Positions 9,358 through 19,656 of a stretch of 64,000 nucleotides of DNA are shown one piece after another. Under the pieces are notes generated by a model. That model did no database searches. It was not told where the DNA came from and worked only from the letters and a program-made list of their open reading frames with translations. Position numbers and translations under genes: made by a program. The stretch lies in the sequence record SRR31156797_201. The stretch is one strand, 5' to 3'. Every line of letters starts with the position of its first letter. Positions within the stretch are counted from its first letter, which is position 1.

Positions 9358-10971
9358 ATGAAGAAAATATTGATTGCGCTATTTGCAATAGTTGCATTTA
9401 ACTGTCAAATCTCTAAAGCACAAAGTGTATTGGAGCAAGTTAATGATCCTTTTTTTGGAGAAAGTTGTACCAGTATCATGGTTGGAAAAAAAGCATCAAC
9501 CGATGGATCTGTTATCACAAGTCACACTTGCGATGGTCGTTACAGAACATGGTTGAATGTGGAAAAAGGACAAAAATTTGAGAAGGATACTACCGTAAAT
9601 ATTTACAGAGGAACCCTGAAGACTGAAACCCGATGGGATAGAAGAAAAATGAAAGTGGTTGGAAACATTCCACAGGCAAAAGAAACTTATTCTTTCTTAA
9701 ATACTGCATATCCATGTTTAAATGAAAAGCAATTGGCTATTGGTGAAACCACAATTGTTGGTCCTAAAGAATTGGTAAATGAAAATGGAATGTTCCTGAT
9801 TGAAGAATTGGAACGAATTGCTTTAGAACGTTGTACAACTGCTCGTGATGCCATTACATTGATCGGAAAATTGATTAAAGAATATGGTTATGGAGATTGG
9901 GGAGAATGTATTACAATAGCCGATAAAAAAGAAGTTTGGCAATTGGAAATTTTTGGTGAAGGTCCTGATAATATTGGTGGTGTTTGGGCTGCTCAGCGAA
10001 TTCCTGACGATCACGTAGGGGTTTCTGCAAATATTTCTCGAATTGGTAAAATTGAGAAAAAGAATAAGGATTATTTCATGTATTCTGAGAATGTTTTTTC
10101 TGTTGCGAAAGAATTAGAACGTTGGGATGGTAAAGAAGAATTTAAATTTTGGAAGGCTTACGGAAAAGTTGAAAAGCCATTTAAAATTAGAGAATTTTTT
10201 ATTTTGAATTCTTTGGCTCCTTCTTTAGGACTCGATTTGGAGGCTGATGAATTACCTTTCTCAGTAAAACCAGATGAAAAAGTTTCGGTTCGTGATGTAA
10301 TTGCTCTATATCGTGAAACTTACGAAGGAACAAAGTATGATATGACTCAAAATCTTAAAGTAATTAAGAAAAAATATAATGATAAGAAGGAAGAAATTGG
10401 AGTTGATACAATTATTGCTCCAAATGCACATCCTTGGCCAACCAGAGATCATAGAAACCTACGTAACTATTTAAAAGAGGAAACTATTGAATACCAAAGA
10501 ACTGTTGCTGTAGCCTGGTGTTCGTATTCTCACATTATTCAGTTGAGAGACTGGTTACCTGATGAAATTGGAGGTAGAGCTTGGTTTTCTTTTGATAATC
10601 CTGGTCAGAGTCCTCGTATTCCTATTTATTCAGGAACAACAGAATTGCCTGAAAGCTTTCAGTTTTGTGGACAAAAGAGATATCGCGATGATGCAGCAAT
10701 ATGGCAGTATAGAAAAGCGAATAAGCTGGCAACTTTGCAGTGGCAGAAAACTCGTGAAGGCATGATGGAAGAAGTGGCTTATTTCGAGAATAAAGGGTTC
10801 GAAGAATCTGAAAGAGTTGAGATGCAAGTTAAAAAGTTTCTTGAAGAGGGTAAAAAAGAAGAAGCAAAAGAGTTGTTGAATAAATATACTCGCGATTTTA
10901 CAGGAGCTACAATGCTTCGTTGGAAAGAATTAGAGAACAAGTATTGGGGGAAATTCGGATTAGGATTTTAA
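9358..10971 (+). CDS. Secreted peptidase family C69 (dipeptidase/secernin-like Ntn hydrolase)
   Basis: Signal peptide, then SCTSIMVGKKASTDGS (catalytic Cys), NEKQLAIGETT, ALERCTTARDAI and WAAQRIPDD. Confidence 0.9.
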   Translation: MKKILIALFAIVAFNCQISKAQSVLEQVNDPFFGESCTSIMVGKKASTDGSVITSHTCDGRYRTWLNVEKGQKFEKDTTVNIYRGTLKTETRWDRRKMKVVGNIPQAKETYSFLNTAYPCLNEKQLAIGETTIVGPKELVNENGMFLIEELERIALERCTTARDAITLIGKLIKEYGYGDWGECITIADKKEVWQLEIFGEGPDNIGGVWAAQRIPDDHVGVSANISRIGKIEKKNKDYFMYSENVFSVAKELERWDGKEEFKFWKAYGKVEKPFKIREFFILNSLAPSLGLDLEADELPFSVKPDEKVSVRDVIALYRETYEGTKYDMTQNLKVIKKKYNDKKEEIGVDTIIAPNAHPWPTRDHRNLRNYLKEETIEYQRTVAVAWCSYSHIIQLRDWLPDEIGGRAWFSFDNPGQSPRIPIYSGTTELPESFQFCGQKRYRDDAAIWQYRKANKLATLQWQKTREGMMEEVAYFENKGFEESERVEMQVKKFLEEGKKEEAKELLNKYTRDFTGATMLRWKELENKYWGKFGLGF

Positions 10972-10998
10972 TTCGGTTTAAGAACCAAATTATAATAT

Positions 10999-11034
10999 TA
11001 AAAATGGGATGAACATCAGTTCATCCCATTTTTA
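10999..11034. terminator. Bidirectional intrinsic terminator between convergent genes
   Basis: Perfect inverted repeat TAAAAATGGGATGAAC-ATCA-GTTCATCCCATTTTTA. Confidence 0.9.
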
Positions 11035-11035
11035 T

Positions 11036-11470
11036 TTATTGATCTTCAGCAAATTCCTTAAACATACTTAAGTATTTTGTGGTTTGCTTTTTAAACATTC
11101 CCGGCATTATCCATCCAAATACCTTCATAAATCCTTTCAATTGGAATTCCTGTTCTGTAAGATATTTAGTTTTATTATCGCTAATCGAAATGAAACTAAT
11201 TTTTGCCAGATTATAAACTCCTTTTGCCTCATAAGTAGCTATTAGTTCTTCAGGTAAATTATTGCTAACGATAGTTTCTATCATTTCAATTTCTCTTTTG
11301 CCATCTTTAAAAAGCATTTTACTTGTTGAGCCTTTTTCCCCTGGTTTTCCAGTTAAATGTTCTATACTCTGCAAGCCTTGCATCCACTTAAAAAGATTGT
11401 CTTCATCATTAAAAAGAGAGACAACTTTATCAATAGGCTGATTGATTTCAATTTCAACTGTATACTTCAT
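11036..11470 (-). CDS. SRPBCC (START/polyketide cyclase-like) family protein
   Basis: 144 aa; VEIEINQPIDKV...LFKWM N-terminus and C-terminal amphipathic helix. Confidence 0.8.
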   Translation of the reverse strand: MKYTVEIEINQPIDKVVSLFNDEDNLFKWMQGLQSIEHLTGKPGEKGSTSKMLFKDGKREIEMIETIVSNNLPEELIATYEAKGVYNLAKISFISISDNKTKYLTEQEFQLKGFMKVFGWIMPGMFKKQTTKYLSMFKEFAEDQ

Positions 11471-11509
11471 ATTATCATAGGTTTTTGGATGTATTGAAGA
11501 TACAAAAAA

Positions 11510-12241
11510 TTATGCTTTAGCTTCAATAATTAAAGGCATACTGTTCTCAGTAAGCTGATCTCTTTTAAAATTTCCGAAAAATTGTATGTTGGTGAATCCT
11601 GCGTTCTGTAGTAATATTTCAATACTCGATTTTCTTATAGCAAGAAGTGGAATGCAATTTTTAATCTGATCTTGAGATTCTTTAATGCTTAGAATGGTTT
11701 CGAAATTAACTTTATTTTGCTCTTTAAGATATTCGTAATTTCTCTCGAATTTAATGGTGTCATTTTCTATCGTTGGAAGAGATCGAATATCCTGATCAAT
11801 TATTCTATCATAATTAATGATTTGAATTAATAATTTGCCATTAGGTTTTAATGCATCCTTGGCTTTTTCGAAAAATACACCTACCATTTCTTCCGAATCT
11901 AAATGAACTAAAGTATTTCCAAAACAGGCAATAACATTAAAAGTTGATTCGCCAAATACTTCTGTAATATTCAGCATGTTTTCATATAGAAACTCTAAGT
12001 TTTTCTTGTCTTTAGCCTTTTCAATCGCAGTATTAATCATCCCTCTGTCTAAATCAATCCCACTAACCAATTTGTAATTGTTAGCGAGTTCTAATGATAA
12101 ATCACCAATTGCGCAACCAATGTCCAATAATGATAACTGATTAGGAGAAGAATGATGAGAATTCTTGATAAACTCAATTTGTACCTTGTTTAAAGGAAAT
12201 ATATGATGATAATATTTGGCAATGCTCTGGTAAAAATCCAT
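11510..12241 (-). CDS. Class I SAM-dependent methyltransferase
   Basis: LLDIGCAIG motif I, GIDLD, CFGNTLVHL and LKPNG. Confidence 0.9.
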   Translation of the reverse strand: MDFYQSIAKYYHHIFPLNKVQIEFIKNSHHSSPNQLSLLDIGCAIGDLSLELANNYKLVSGIDLDRGMINTAIEKAKDKKNLEFLYENMLNITEVFGESTFNVIACFGNTLVHLDSEEMVGVFFEKAKDALKPNGKLLIQIINYDRIIDQDIRSLPTIENDTIKFERNYEYLKEQNKVNFETILSIKESQDQIKNCIPLLAIRKSSIEILLQNAGFTNIQFFGNFKRDQLTENSMPLIIEAKA

Positions 12242-12299
12242 TTAAACTAATGCTGATTAAATTGGTAAGATAATAAAAAATAGTAATTGCTAACTTGAA

Positions 12300-13532
12300 T
12301 TAAAGCAGCTTGATTTTCAGAGTTAAAGATAAAGTTTCATAATTAGCCTTCATTGCAGACACATTACTAATCAAATTACGATTAGAATAATATCTCGCCT
12401 CAACACTTGCGATGTTTTTATAATCATAACCAATACCAATTGCGAAATTATAATCTGGTTTAATATCAATATCTGTTTGACTTACAGAATACTTTAATGT
12501 TGAATTCAAATCTGTATTGAAGGCTAGTAGTCCGTCTATATGAAATTTTGATCTGTTGTTAAGAAATAGATAATGTCTAATTCCAATTGGTAACTCTAAT
12601 GATTTGTAATCAATAGTAGCAGTTTGAATAGCTAACCGTTCTGTCCCACTAAATTTTACAAATGAAGGAGAAATGAATGCACTCCATTTATTTTTGTTAA
12701 ATGGAAGAATGAATTCTGCTTCAAAACCAAGTTTTAAAAGAGTTTTATCACCAAAATCAGCAGATCTGTTGGTAGAGGCACTGTTTGTTACCGATAGTGA
12801 GACTTGATCAATGCCCGCGGTTAGGTAAAGGTTAAATCTATTCCTTTTCTGGGGATTTAAAGCTTTGAAATTTGCATCATTGCTTTTATTGTAAGATTCA
12901 AAAAAGTTAGTTAGATTTTTTTGTTTGTAAGAAATCTTTTGAATTTCTGATTTTGAAATGTTTGAGGGGCTAAATTCATCATACAATTGTTTTTTATATG
13001 ATTTATTAAAGCAAATCGTTTTATCATCGTTTGACACTTTTTTATATGATCTACTTAAATGTGATTTTAAATCAGTGATATATCTTTTATAAACCAATTG
13101 TTCTGGTGTAGTATGATTCGTGGAATAAAAAAATCTGATCAAACTTTTATCTTCGTACTTATATAAATTAGCTATTCCTTTGACCAAAACTTTAAGAAAT
13201 AGTGTTTCATTATTAAATTCAGGTTCTTTATATGGACTTAAACTTCCCGTTAAATCAGAAGAACGGTCCATTTTTACGTTAAATCTGACGTACTGTATAT
13301 TTGAAGTAAAACCAAACTCTTTTACTCCTTCAATATTGGCAGTTAATATTTCTGTCGTATCATTTATTTTATAATGAAAACTGCTTGGATTGTTTTTCCA
13401 GTCGAGGTTTTTAATTAAGCAATTGACTTTTTCATTGTTGTTTTTAATGAAATAAGCTTGTTCATAATTGATTTGACTGAACGTAACTACTGAGATTAGA
13501 GAAGTTAGAATTAATAGGGCAATTTTTTTCAT
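12300..13532 (-). CDS. Secreted protein with C-terminal outer-membrane beta-barrel
   Basis: Signal peptide ending TFS-Q; C-terminal alternating hydrophobic strands (LELPIGIRHY, FAIGIGYDY, VEARYY); TAAATTTG -7 element at 13578-13585 on the minus strand. Confidence 0.7.
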   Translation of the reverse strand: MKKIALLILTSLISVVTFSQINYEQAYFIKNNNEKVNCLIKNLDWKNNPSSFHYKINDTTEILTANIEGVKEFGFTSNIQYVRFNVKMDRSSDLTGSLSPYKEPEFNNETLFLKVLVKGIANLYKYEDKSLIRFFYSTNHTTPEQLVYKRYITDLKSHLSRSYKKVSNDDKTICFNKSYKKQLYDEFSPSNISKSEIQKISYKQKNLTNFFESYNKSNDANFKALNPQKRNRFNLYLTAGIDQVSLSVTNSASTNRSADFGDKTLLKLGFEAEFILPFNKNKWSAFISPSFVKFSGTERLAIQTATIDYKSLELPIGIRHYLFLNNRSKFHIDGLLAFNTDLNSTLKYSVSQTDIDIKPDYNFAIGIGYDYKNIASVEARYYSNRNLISNVSAMKANYETLSLTLKIKLL

Positions 13533-13590
13533 AACAAGTAGGCTTAGTTATTATAATCATTGTTTATATTGATAAGGCAAATTTATCATT

Positions 13591-16419
13591 TTAACACTTT
13601 AAAGCATTGTTCTTTCTGAATAATCTTGCAATTTTCTTTCTTATGTAGATGCACATAAAAGCTATTATTGGAATAATTAGACTTAATAATTTTGGTTCAC
13701 TCATTCTTTGTGTATCCTCTCCAGGATCTAATGATTGGTTTCCAGATAAAATTTGTTCTTGTTTCTTTTTTAAGATTGCTTTTTGCGATTCGTTTTCTAC
13801 AGCCAGGAATGATGTGACAGGAGTCATAATCTTAGTGGCAAAACTACTTTTAACTAAGCTTATCCATTCTTGATTTGTAGCTTCAGGATGAAATACCTGT
13901 GACATCCATTTGGCTTGCATGTTTAGAGCAGAATACCAGTTTTTTTCCTGTATTTCCAGGTCCGAATTCCGAAAAATAGTTTTTTTTAGAATTATACTTG
14001 CCTCATTATTATTGGCAAGATAACTAATCGAGTTATCTGAGTTTCTATATTTTAAAACTGAGTTGCTGAATGGATTTTCACCAATTTTGGACACTTGTTT
14101 TTTAGGCTTGGAACTTAATGAATGTGCCTGTAGTTCATTATTTTCATCAATATAAAAGAAAAGATCCAAATCGGGATAACTGAGTTTAAAATCAGAAAAA
14201 TCTTTGTCAAGAATAGCTTCATTAATGGAATCTGTAACCGCCACCATAACAGGATAACTGTTACTCTGGGATTTATATGACTGGAAAAGAGTTTTTTTTA
14301 TGGCTCGATCCAAATAGTACCCACCTTCAAAATTTTGCGAATTAAAATGACCTTCCCAATTTGAGTCGAAATCTATTGTGTTTGTATAACTGTTAACAAA
14401 ACTGATTTTGGCATTATAAGAAAGGGATTTATGCTTTTTTATAAGCTGTTCAATGCGTGATGCAAATGATTTTAAATTAACTTTATTGCCTGCGGAAGCA
14501 TCTACTAAAAAATGGAAATATGCTTTGCGTTCTGTTTGTTCCAGAGTCTTTTTATGTTGTGCCGATACATATACCAGATCCTTATTTTCGAAATTATAAT
14601 TTTGGTCTTCAATAGTCTTCCCAAGAGATATAGTGTTACCATCTATGGAAATTCTCATTGGTTCTTTATGTATGAATTCAATACCTGTCTTTCTGGTTTC
14701 TTCATTTGCAAAAGGGCATACCCTAAAGGCAACCTTATTTCCGCTTAGATAATACAAAATTCCCGGATCTCTGTTTTCATTTCTTATTTGAGAAAATACC
14801 CACATAGCAGATTTTTTTTCGGCTAAAATGCCCATCTCTTTTCTATCTCCTACATACAAGTAATAATCACTAATCCAACAACCTTCTGGTAAATGTATAG
14901 TTGTGGCATATTCGGAAAAGTTACTGTTGTTGTGGTTTGTTATTTCCAGATTAACCCAGCTTTTCCATGTTTTTTGATTTTTATCATAGGAGCATTCTGT
15001 ACTAATGTTTGATATTTCTACTTGATCATTACGAATATTTTCTTTTCGAAAGTTAAATGAAGTATGATTAAAAAAGATCTTTTCAATTGTATTGATTTTT
15101 TTATCGGATAGGGTTAGATTATCCAATACTAACCAATTAAAGTAAGTTGATAGGTATGGTAGTCTGTTTCCGATTAAAGGAGTTTCATTTCTATTTTTGT
15201 GTTGTTTTACGATATCGATTGTGTTTTGCAGAGAAGATCTGTTGATATGATATGATTTGGAATAGTTAGGTGTATAAATGTATTCCAGCACTTCTTCTAA
15301 AGTATTTTTGTCATTTAGATATGTGATAGTAATTAAAACAGGTATCGTTACAAAGGCAAGAAGTGAAATCAACCGGAGTTTATTTTTTGATAGGAATGAT
15401 TGTAGATATGAAAAATCCCTTGAAAGTTCATTAATATGTATTACAAATAATACTAAAGGAGTAAGCATCAAAAAACCGATACCTACAGCTATAATTGCAA
15501 TAATTGATAATGGGAGAAATGGTAAGAAAATAAGAAAAAAATAAAATGTGAAGGAAAAGCAAATGCATCTTCCAATAAATAGAAATAGTCTGTATGTTTT
15601 TGTTTCAAAATTGGGTAAACAAATTAAAATTCCGTTCAGAATTGCAAGTATATAAAACCAGTTGTTATTAAAATCACCAAAAATTCCAGTTCCCAAAAAG
15701 TTTGAAATACGTCCATTGTTTATGGCAAGACCTAATAGAGGGAGAAAAATTGAAATAGGAATTTTCCAGGCTAATTCATAGTTTTTCCAAACTTCTGCCT
15801 TCTTACTTGCAATGATATATGTGCCTTTAATTAAGAAAAATAAGAAGATGAGTGTTCCAATTATTACCAGAATAATAATCGTGTGATTTCTAAAATTACC
15901 TTCAACTGGTTTCCATAATGGAAGTATAATCTGGGAGAACAGGTACCATACAATGGGAACAAGTAAAGCTGAGGTAAAACTTATCCATGCTTTTGGATTC
16001 TGAGAGTTTCTTGTAAAATGCGTAACAAGAATAATCAAGGAGTAGATTAGTGTAGGCATTAGGAATGTACCAACATAAAGAATCAAATCTCCTGATATCA
16101 TCCATCTTGGAATGGAAAAAGGAATAATGTCATTGGAGTTGTATCCGTATAAATAGATAAACGAAATGTATACTAATAAAGCAAGAATACCATAAATTGC
16201 TGAGACTTTTTGTTTTTTAAGAATTAAATAGAGTGCATAGACTAGGTTAAGAGTACTTATAATACCTAAGGATAGGGCAAAATTTTTCCAGAGCTGTACA
16301 CTAGTAACATCTAGGAGACTTTTAATAATTTTAAATTCCGAGAAGAACAAATAAAAGAGAACTATTATTGGTAGGGTATTTATAATTAATAGCCATTTAG
16401 GATTAAGTAAGTTTCTCAT
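13591..16419 (-). CDS. MSEP-CTERM sorting-domain protein (multi-TM N-terminus, VIT-like extracytoplasmic region)
   Basis: C-terminus TQRMSEP + hydrophobic helix + RKK; about 10 N-terminal TM helices; TIHLPEGCWISDYYLYV and RDPGIL VIT-like motifs; adjacent exosortase. Confidence 0.88.
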   Translation of the reverse strand: MRNLLNPKWLLIINTLPIIVLFYLFFSEFKIIKSLLDVTSVQLWKNFALSLGIISTLNLVYALYLILKKQKVSAIYGILALLVYISFIYLYGYNSNDIIPFSIPRWMISGDLILYVGTFLMPTLIYSLIILVTHFTRNSQNPKAWISFTSALLVPIVWYLFSQIILPLWKPVEGNFRNHTIIILVIIGTLIFLFFLIKGTYIIASKKAEVWKNYELAWKIPISIFLPLLGLAINNGRISNFLGTGIFGDFNNNWFYILAILNGILICLPNFETKTYRLFLFIGRCICFSFTFYFFLIFLPFLPLSIIAIIAVGIGFLMLTPLVLFVIHINELSRDFSYLQSFLSKNKLRLISLLAFVTIPVLITITYLNDKNTLEEVLEYIYTPNYSKSYHINRSSLQNTIDIVKQHKNRNETPLIGNRLPYLSTYFNWLVLDNLTLSDKKINTIEKIFFNHTSFNFRKENIRNDQVEISNISTECSYDKNQKTWKSWVNLEITNHNNSNFSEYATTIHLPEGCWISDYYLYVGDRKEMGILAEKKSAMWVFSQIRNENRDPGILYYLSGNKVAFRVCPFANEETRKTGIEFIHKEPMRISIDGNTISLGKTIEDQNYNFENKDLVYVSAQHKKTLEQTERKAYFHFLVDASAGNKVNLKSFASRIEQLIKKHKSLSYNAKISFVNSYTNTIDFDSNWEGHFNSQNFEGGYYLDRAIKKTLFQSYKSQSNSYPVMVAVTDSINEAILDKDFSDFKLSYPDLDLFFYIDENNELQAHSLSSKPKKQVSKIGENPFSNSVLKYRNSDNSISYLANNNEASIILKKTIFRNSDLEIQEKNWYSALNMQAKWMSQVFHPEATNQEWISLVKSSFATKIMTPVTSFLAVENESQKAILKKKQEQILSGNQSLDPGEDTQRMSEPKLLSLIIPIIAFMCIYIRKKIARLFRKNNALKC

Positions 16420-16936
16420 TTAATTTTAGTTTTGTGATATTGTTTTTAGTTAAAAGGAAAAATAGAACCAGAAAACTTAGATTGCATACAACTCCAATGG
16501 ATTCATGAATGATGTGTTGTTCAATGCTTAGTAGTTTAATTAGTAGGTTCTGTATACTTAGAGAGATAAATATTCTGGAATTATTAACAAATAAGCTTAG
16601 TAAGTAAGAACAGATCATAACTATAGGGAGGGCAAGAGCTTTGTGCAAATTCTTTTGTAAGGATTCAACTACAATGAAATAGAGCATGGCATTGCACAAT
16701 GCGTAAAAATTAAATCCAGAACATGATTTATCAATTAGCATGTTTATGTGGGAATAGTAATATCCTGTTTCGGGTATATAAATGGATTTGATACCAGTTA
16801 TTAAATCAACCAATATATTAGTTGGTTTCAGAATAAATATCAGGTTGTTTGTATTGGCATTTACAAACCATATTTTTAGCAGAATAAAAATTCCAATTGC
16901 CAGGAAATGGTAAACTAAATTCTTGTTTTTTATCAT
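16403..16936 (-). CDS. xrtK: Exosortase K
   Basis: Short multi-TM protein with exosortase triad SCSG (Cys), NNSRI (Arg) and HESIG (His); overlaps the MSEP-CTERM gene. Confidence 0.85.
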   Translation of the reverse strand: MIKNKNLVYHFLAIGIFILLKIWFVNANTNNLIFILKPTNILVDLITGIKSIYIPETGYYYSHINMLIDKSCSGFNFYALCNAMLYFIVVESLQKNLHKALALPIVMICSYLLSLFVNNSRIFISLSIQNLLIKLLSIEQHIIHESIGVVCNLSFLVLFFLLTKNNITKLKLNEKLT

Positions 16937-17322
16937 TGATTAAATAAGTTTAATAGTAGAGGAAAATAAATAACAAGACCGATAATTAGGAATACAATTG
17001 AGCTAATTAGTACAGCAGCAGCCGAAATATCCTTAATTCGTTTTATTTTATCGTGATGTTCTGCTTGTACAAAATCACATAGGTTTTCAATAGCAGTATT
17101 TATGGTTTCTGTTACTATGACAAAACCAATACTAATAAGGATAGCTATTATTTCAATTCTTCTTAGCTTAAGTACCGATGAAAGAACATACATTACAATC
17201 CCAATTCCTAAATGTATTCTGGCATTGTGTTCCTCTCGAAACAGAATTTTTAACCCACGAAATGCGTGCTTAAAACTTTTTAGCCTATTTCTTAATGAAA
17301 ACTTTTTGCTTTTATTCTCCAT
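16933..17322 (-). CDS. dgkA: Diacylglycerol/undecaprenol kinase (DgkA family)
   Basis: SFKHAFRG, EEHNARIH, ETINTAIE and KDISAAAV; three TMs. Confidence 0.9.
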   Translation of the reverse strand: MENKSKKFSLRNRLKSFKHAFRGLKILFREEHNARIHLGIGIVMYVLSSVLKLRRIEIIAILISIGFVIVTETINTAIENLCDFVQAEHHDKIKRIKDISAAAVLISSIVFLIIGLVIYFPLLLNLFNQ

Positions 17323-17344
17323 CGGTATTAAGTATTATTTGTTG

Positions 17345-18691
17345 TTAATCTTCTGATTTTACCTGAAGTTTATACCAGTTGATATTTCTGGTGAAATACA
17401 TGGTGATTCCAAGAATAACAGTTAGACCAATACTTCCCATTAGCAGAGCATAATCAGCCAATTGAAGCGTGACGAATAAAAATGTATAAATTCCTAAAAT
17501 TGTTGCAGACAGGATACCCGTGAATTTAGCGGATTGAAAAACACTACGAGAGTATAGCAATATTAGTAAAGAGCTGATTCCAGCAGATATCAGGTAGGCA
17601 ATGTTAAAGTTGGAATGTTCAGAAATAGAAATTAGCAAAACATAGAACAAGCAAAGTGCAAGTCCAACCAAAGTATATTGAAACGGGTGAATTCTGCGTC
17701 CATTCATGATTTCAACCAAAAAGAAAACTAAGAAAATTAAGGCTATGGTCATGGCAGCATATTTGGCTGATCGCATCGATTTTTGATAATCGTCTAATGG
17801 CATGATAAGGTCAACACCAAAGCTGGAACTCATTAATTTGCTAGAAAAATTATGGTCAACCCAAGATTGTGGATAGTTACGGTTGAGCAGTAGAACTTTC
17901 CAGCTGGCTTTAAATCCGGAATTGTCTATTTTACGGCTTTTAGGAATAAAATTCCCATTAAAACTAGGAGAGGACCAAGGTGAATTCAAATTGACTTCGG
18001 TAGTACTTCCCACCGGTACAAATGATAGATTTTGACTTCCTTGAAGGTTTAGGTCAAATGAGAAATCAATTTTTTTATTCATCTGATCTGTAAGGTTTGG
18101 AAGATCAATGCTGATTCCCGAGTTTACCAAATCTACTAATTTAGATCCTGGTTCTACGCTTAATTTTTCCTTGTCCCAATTCACAATAATTTGGTCCTCA
18201 ATTCCTCGTAAATCGGATATTCCAACAGTAAGAAAAGCTTTGTCGTACTGAATCTCTTTCAGGTTCGCCTGGTTAATTTTACCTTTTAAATCGAAGTTCC
18301 CGGTAACTTTTAGTTTACTACGATAAACCACCACTTCGTAAATTCCTCGTTTTAATTTATTAGGCTCAATATCACCTGTGGCTTTTAAATTTTCGGGAAG
18401 AATATATAGGTGTTTCGTTTTGGTAATGATTTTATCTTCATCCTTTTGGTATTCGTAAATTAATGGAATTGTAAGAATTGGTCCGTTTATTTGTTGACCT
18501 TCAGCCCATTTTGAGCTTACTTCGTTTAAAACTGATTTGTTTAAAACTTCTCGTTCCTGAATGATTGATTTAATCATGCTGGCAGGAATTAATAAAAGCA
18601 GCATTAATATGGTGATTGTCATTAGTTTTAATCCAACCGATTGTTTTAACCAGCGGTTTAGTTTCTCGAATGGTGATTGTTCTGTATTCAT
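17345..18691 (-). CDS. creD: Inner-membrane envelope integrity protein CreD
   Basis: KRGIYEVVVY, SPWSSPSFNGNF, IHPFQYTLVGLALCLFYVLLISISEH, ALLMGS and TRNINWY. Confidence 0.92.
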   Translation of the reverse strand: MNTEQSPFEKLNRWLKQSVGLKLMTITILMLLLLIPASMIKSIIQEREVLNKSVLNEVSSKWAEGQQINGPILTIPLIYEYQKDEDKIITKTKHLYILPENLKATGDIEPNKLKRGIYEVVVYRSKLKVTGNFDLKGKINQANLKEIQYDKAFLTVGISDLRGIEDQIIVNWDKEKLSVEPGSKLVDLVNSGISIDLPNLTDQMNKKIDFSFDLNLQGSQNLSFVPVGSTTEVNLNSPWSSPSFNGNFIPKSRKIDNSGFKASWKVLLLNRNYPQSWVDHNFSSKLMSSSFGVDLIMPLDDYQKSMRSAKYAAMTIALIFLVFFLVEIMNGRRIHPFQYTLVGLALCLFYVLLISISEHSNFNIAYLISAGISSLLILLYSRSVFQSAKFTGILSATILGIYTFLFVTLQLADYALLMGSIGLTVILGITMYFTRNINWYKLQVKSED

Positions 18692-18712
18692 AATTTTTAG
18701 TTTTTTAAAAGT

Positions 18713-18729
18713 ACTTTGAAATGCAAAGT
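18713..18729. promoter_or_regulatory. Palindromic operator ACTTTG-N5-CAAAGT upstream of creD
   Basis: ACTTTGaaatgCAAAGT; same motif with the same AAAAGT flank at 19658-19674. Confidence 0.7.
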
Positions 18730-18745
18730 GAAATAAGAAAAAAAA

Positions 18746-19036
18746 TTATTTAAGCAATTGCTCTATGGCTTTAATGTGTTTTAAAAATGCCGCCTTTCCT
18801 TCATTGGTACAGCTGTATTTTGTGTTCGGTTTTCGATCCAAAAACTCTTTCTGAACACGTATGTATTCATTCTTTTCTAGAGATTTAAGATGACTGGCTA
18901 AGTTACCATCGGTAACGCCGAGTAAATTTTTTAAGGCGTTAAAATCCAGGTAATCATTAACCACTAATGCAGACATGATTCCCAATCGAATTCGATTTTC
19001 GAAGGCTTTATTTAAATCTTTAAGGATATCTTTCAC
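18746..19036 (-). CDS. Winged-helix (MarR/ArsR-like) transcriptional regulator, about 96 aa
   Basis: FENRIRLGIMSAL and TDGNLASHL. The likely start is GTG at 19036, overlapping the upstream TGA (GTGA), rather than 19102. Confidence 0.88.
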   Translation of the reverse strand: MKDILKDLNKAFENRIRLGIMSALVVNDYLDFNALKNLLGVTDGNLASHLKSLEKNEYIRVQKEFLDRKPNTKYSCTNEGKAAFLKHIKAIEQLLK

Positions 19037-19650
19037 GACGTATACCTTATTTCCATTATTACTCCGTAAATAATATGCAAAAGCCCAAATCCAATGCACC
19101 AAAAAATTAATCCGTAACCAATAAAGAAGGTTGCTGTTAGTCCAAGTACAATTTGCAATAAACCAAGACTTCTAACTTCTGTTAAGGTATATTTACTGGC
19201 ATTTACTAAGGCTAATCCATAGAATAACAAAGTGAGAGGTGCTACTAAACCAATATATCCTTTTAATAGCATGAGGAGACAAAATACTCCACCACTAATT
19301 AAGGGAATCAATAAATTAATAACGAGCCTTTTGGTCTGAGAATCCCAAATGTTTTCTTTCGACTTTTTTGCTTTTAATCTTGTAAAGAAAATTCCAAATC
19401 CTACGGCAAGAATCAGTGTGATAAATCCAATAGTTAATAGTTGGATAAGTTGATCGAAACTTAATAGCGTACGGTTGAAATCCTGGTATCCGGTTTTTGA
19501 ATAAATGGTTTCCCAGGCAAAATATGCTCCTGCTAAAGCTATTACTCCAGCCGAAATTCCTGAAAGTCCGCTTAGGGATATAAATTTGGATGACTTGTTC
19601 ATCATCTCTTTAATATCCTTTAAATCCTCAATGTATTTTTGTTGGTTCAT
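19033..19650 (-). CDS. Conserved multi-pass membrane protein (probable partner of the wHTH regulator)
   Basis: DIKEMMNKSSKFISLSGLSG, FYGLALVNASKYT and GFGLLHIIYG; about 6 TMs; likely ATG at 19650. Confidence 0.75.
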   Translation of the reverse strand: MNQQKYIEDLKDIKEMMNKSSKFISLSGLSGISAGVIALAGAYFAWETIYSKTGYQDFNRTLLSFDQLIQLLTIGFITLILAVGFGIFFTRLKAKKSKENIWDSQTKRLVINLLIPLISGGVFCLLMLLKGYIGLVAPLTLLFYGLALVNASKYTLTEVRSLGLLQIVLGLTATFFIGYGLIFWCIGFGLLHIIYGVIMEIRYTS

Positions 19651-19656
19651 GAAAAG

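Noticed and set aside
12300-13532. tRNA-modification GTPase label that I recall being attached to similar proteins
   Set aside because: No P-loop or G-motifs; has a signal peptide and a beta-barrel pattern
19037-19102. Longer N-termini given by the ORF track (19102, 19722, 29084, 59538, 63425)
   Set aside because: Extensions overlap upstream genes, operators or promoter elements; downstream starts fit the family N-termini better
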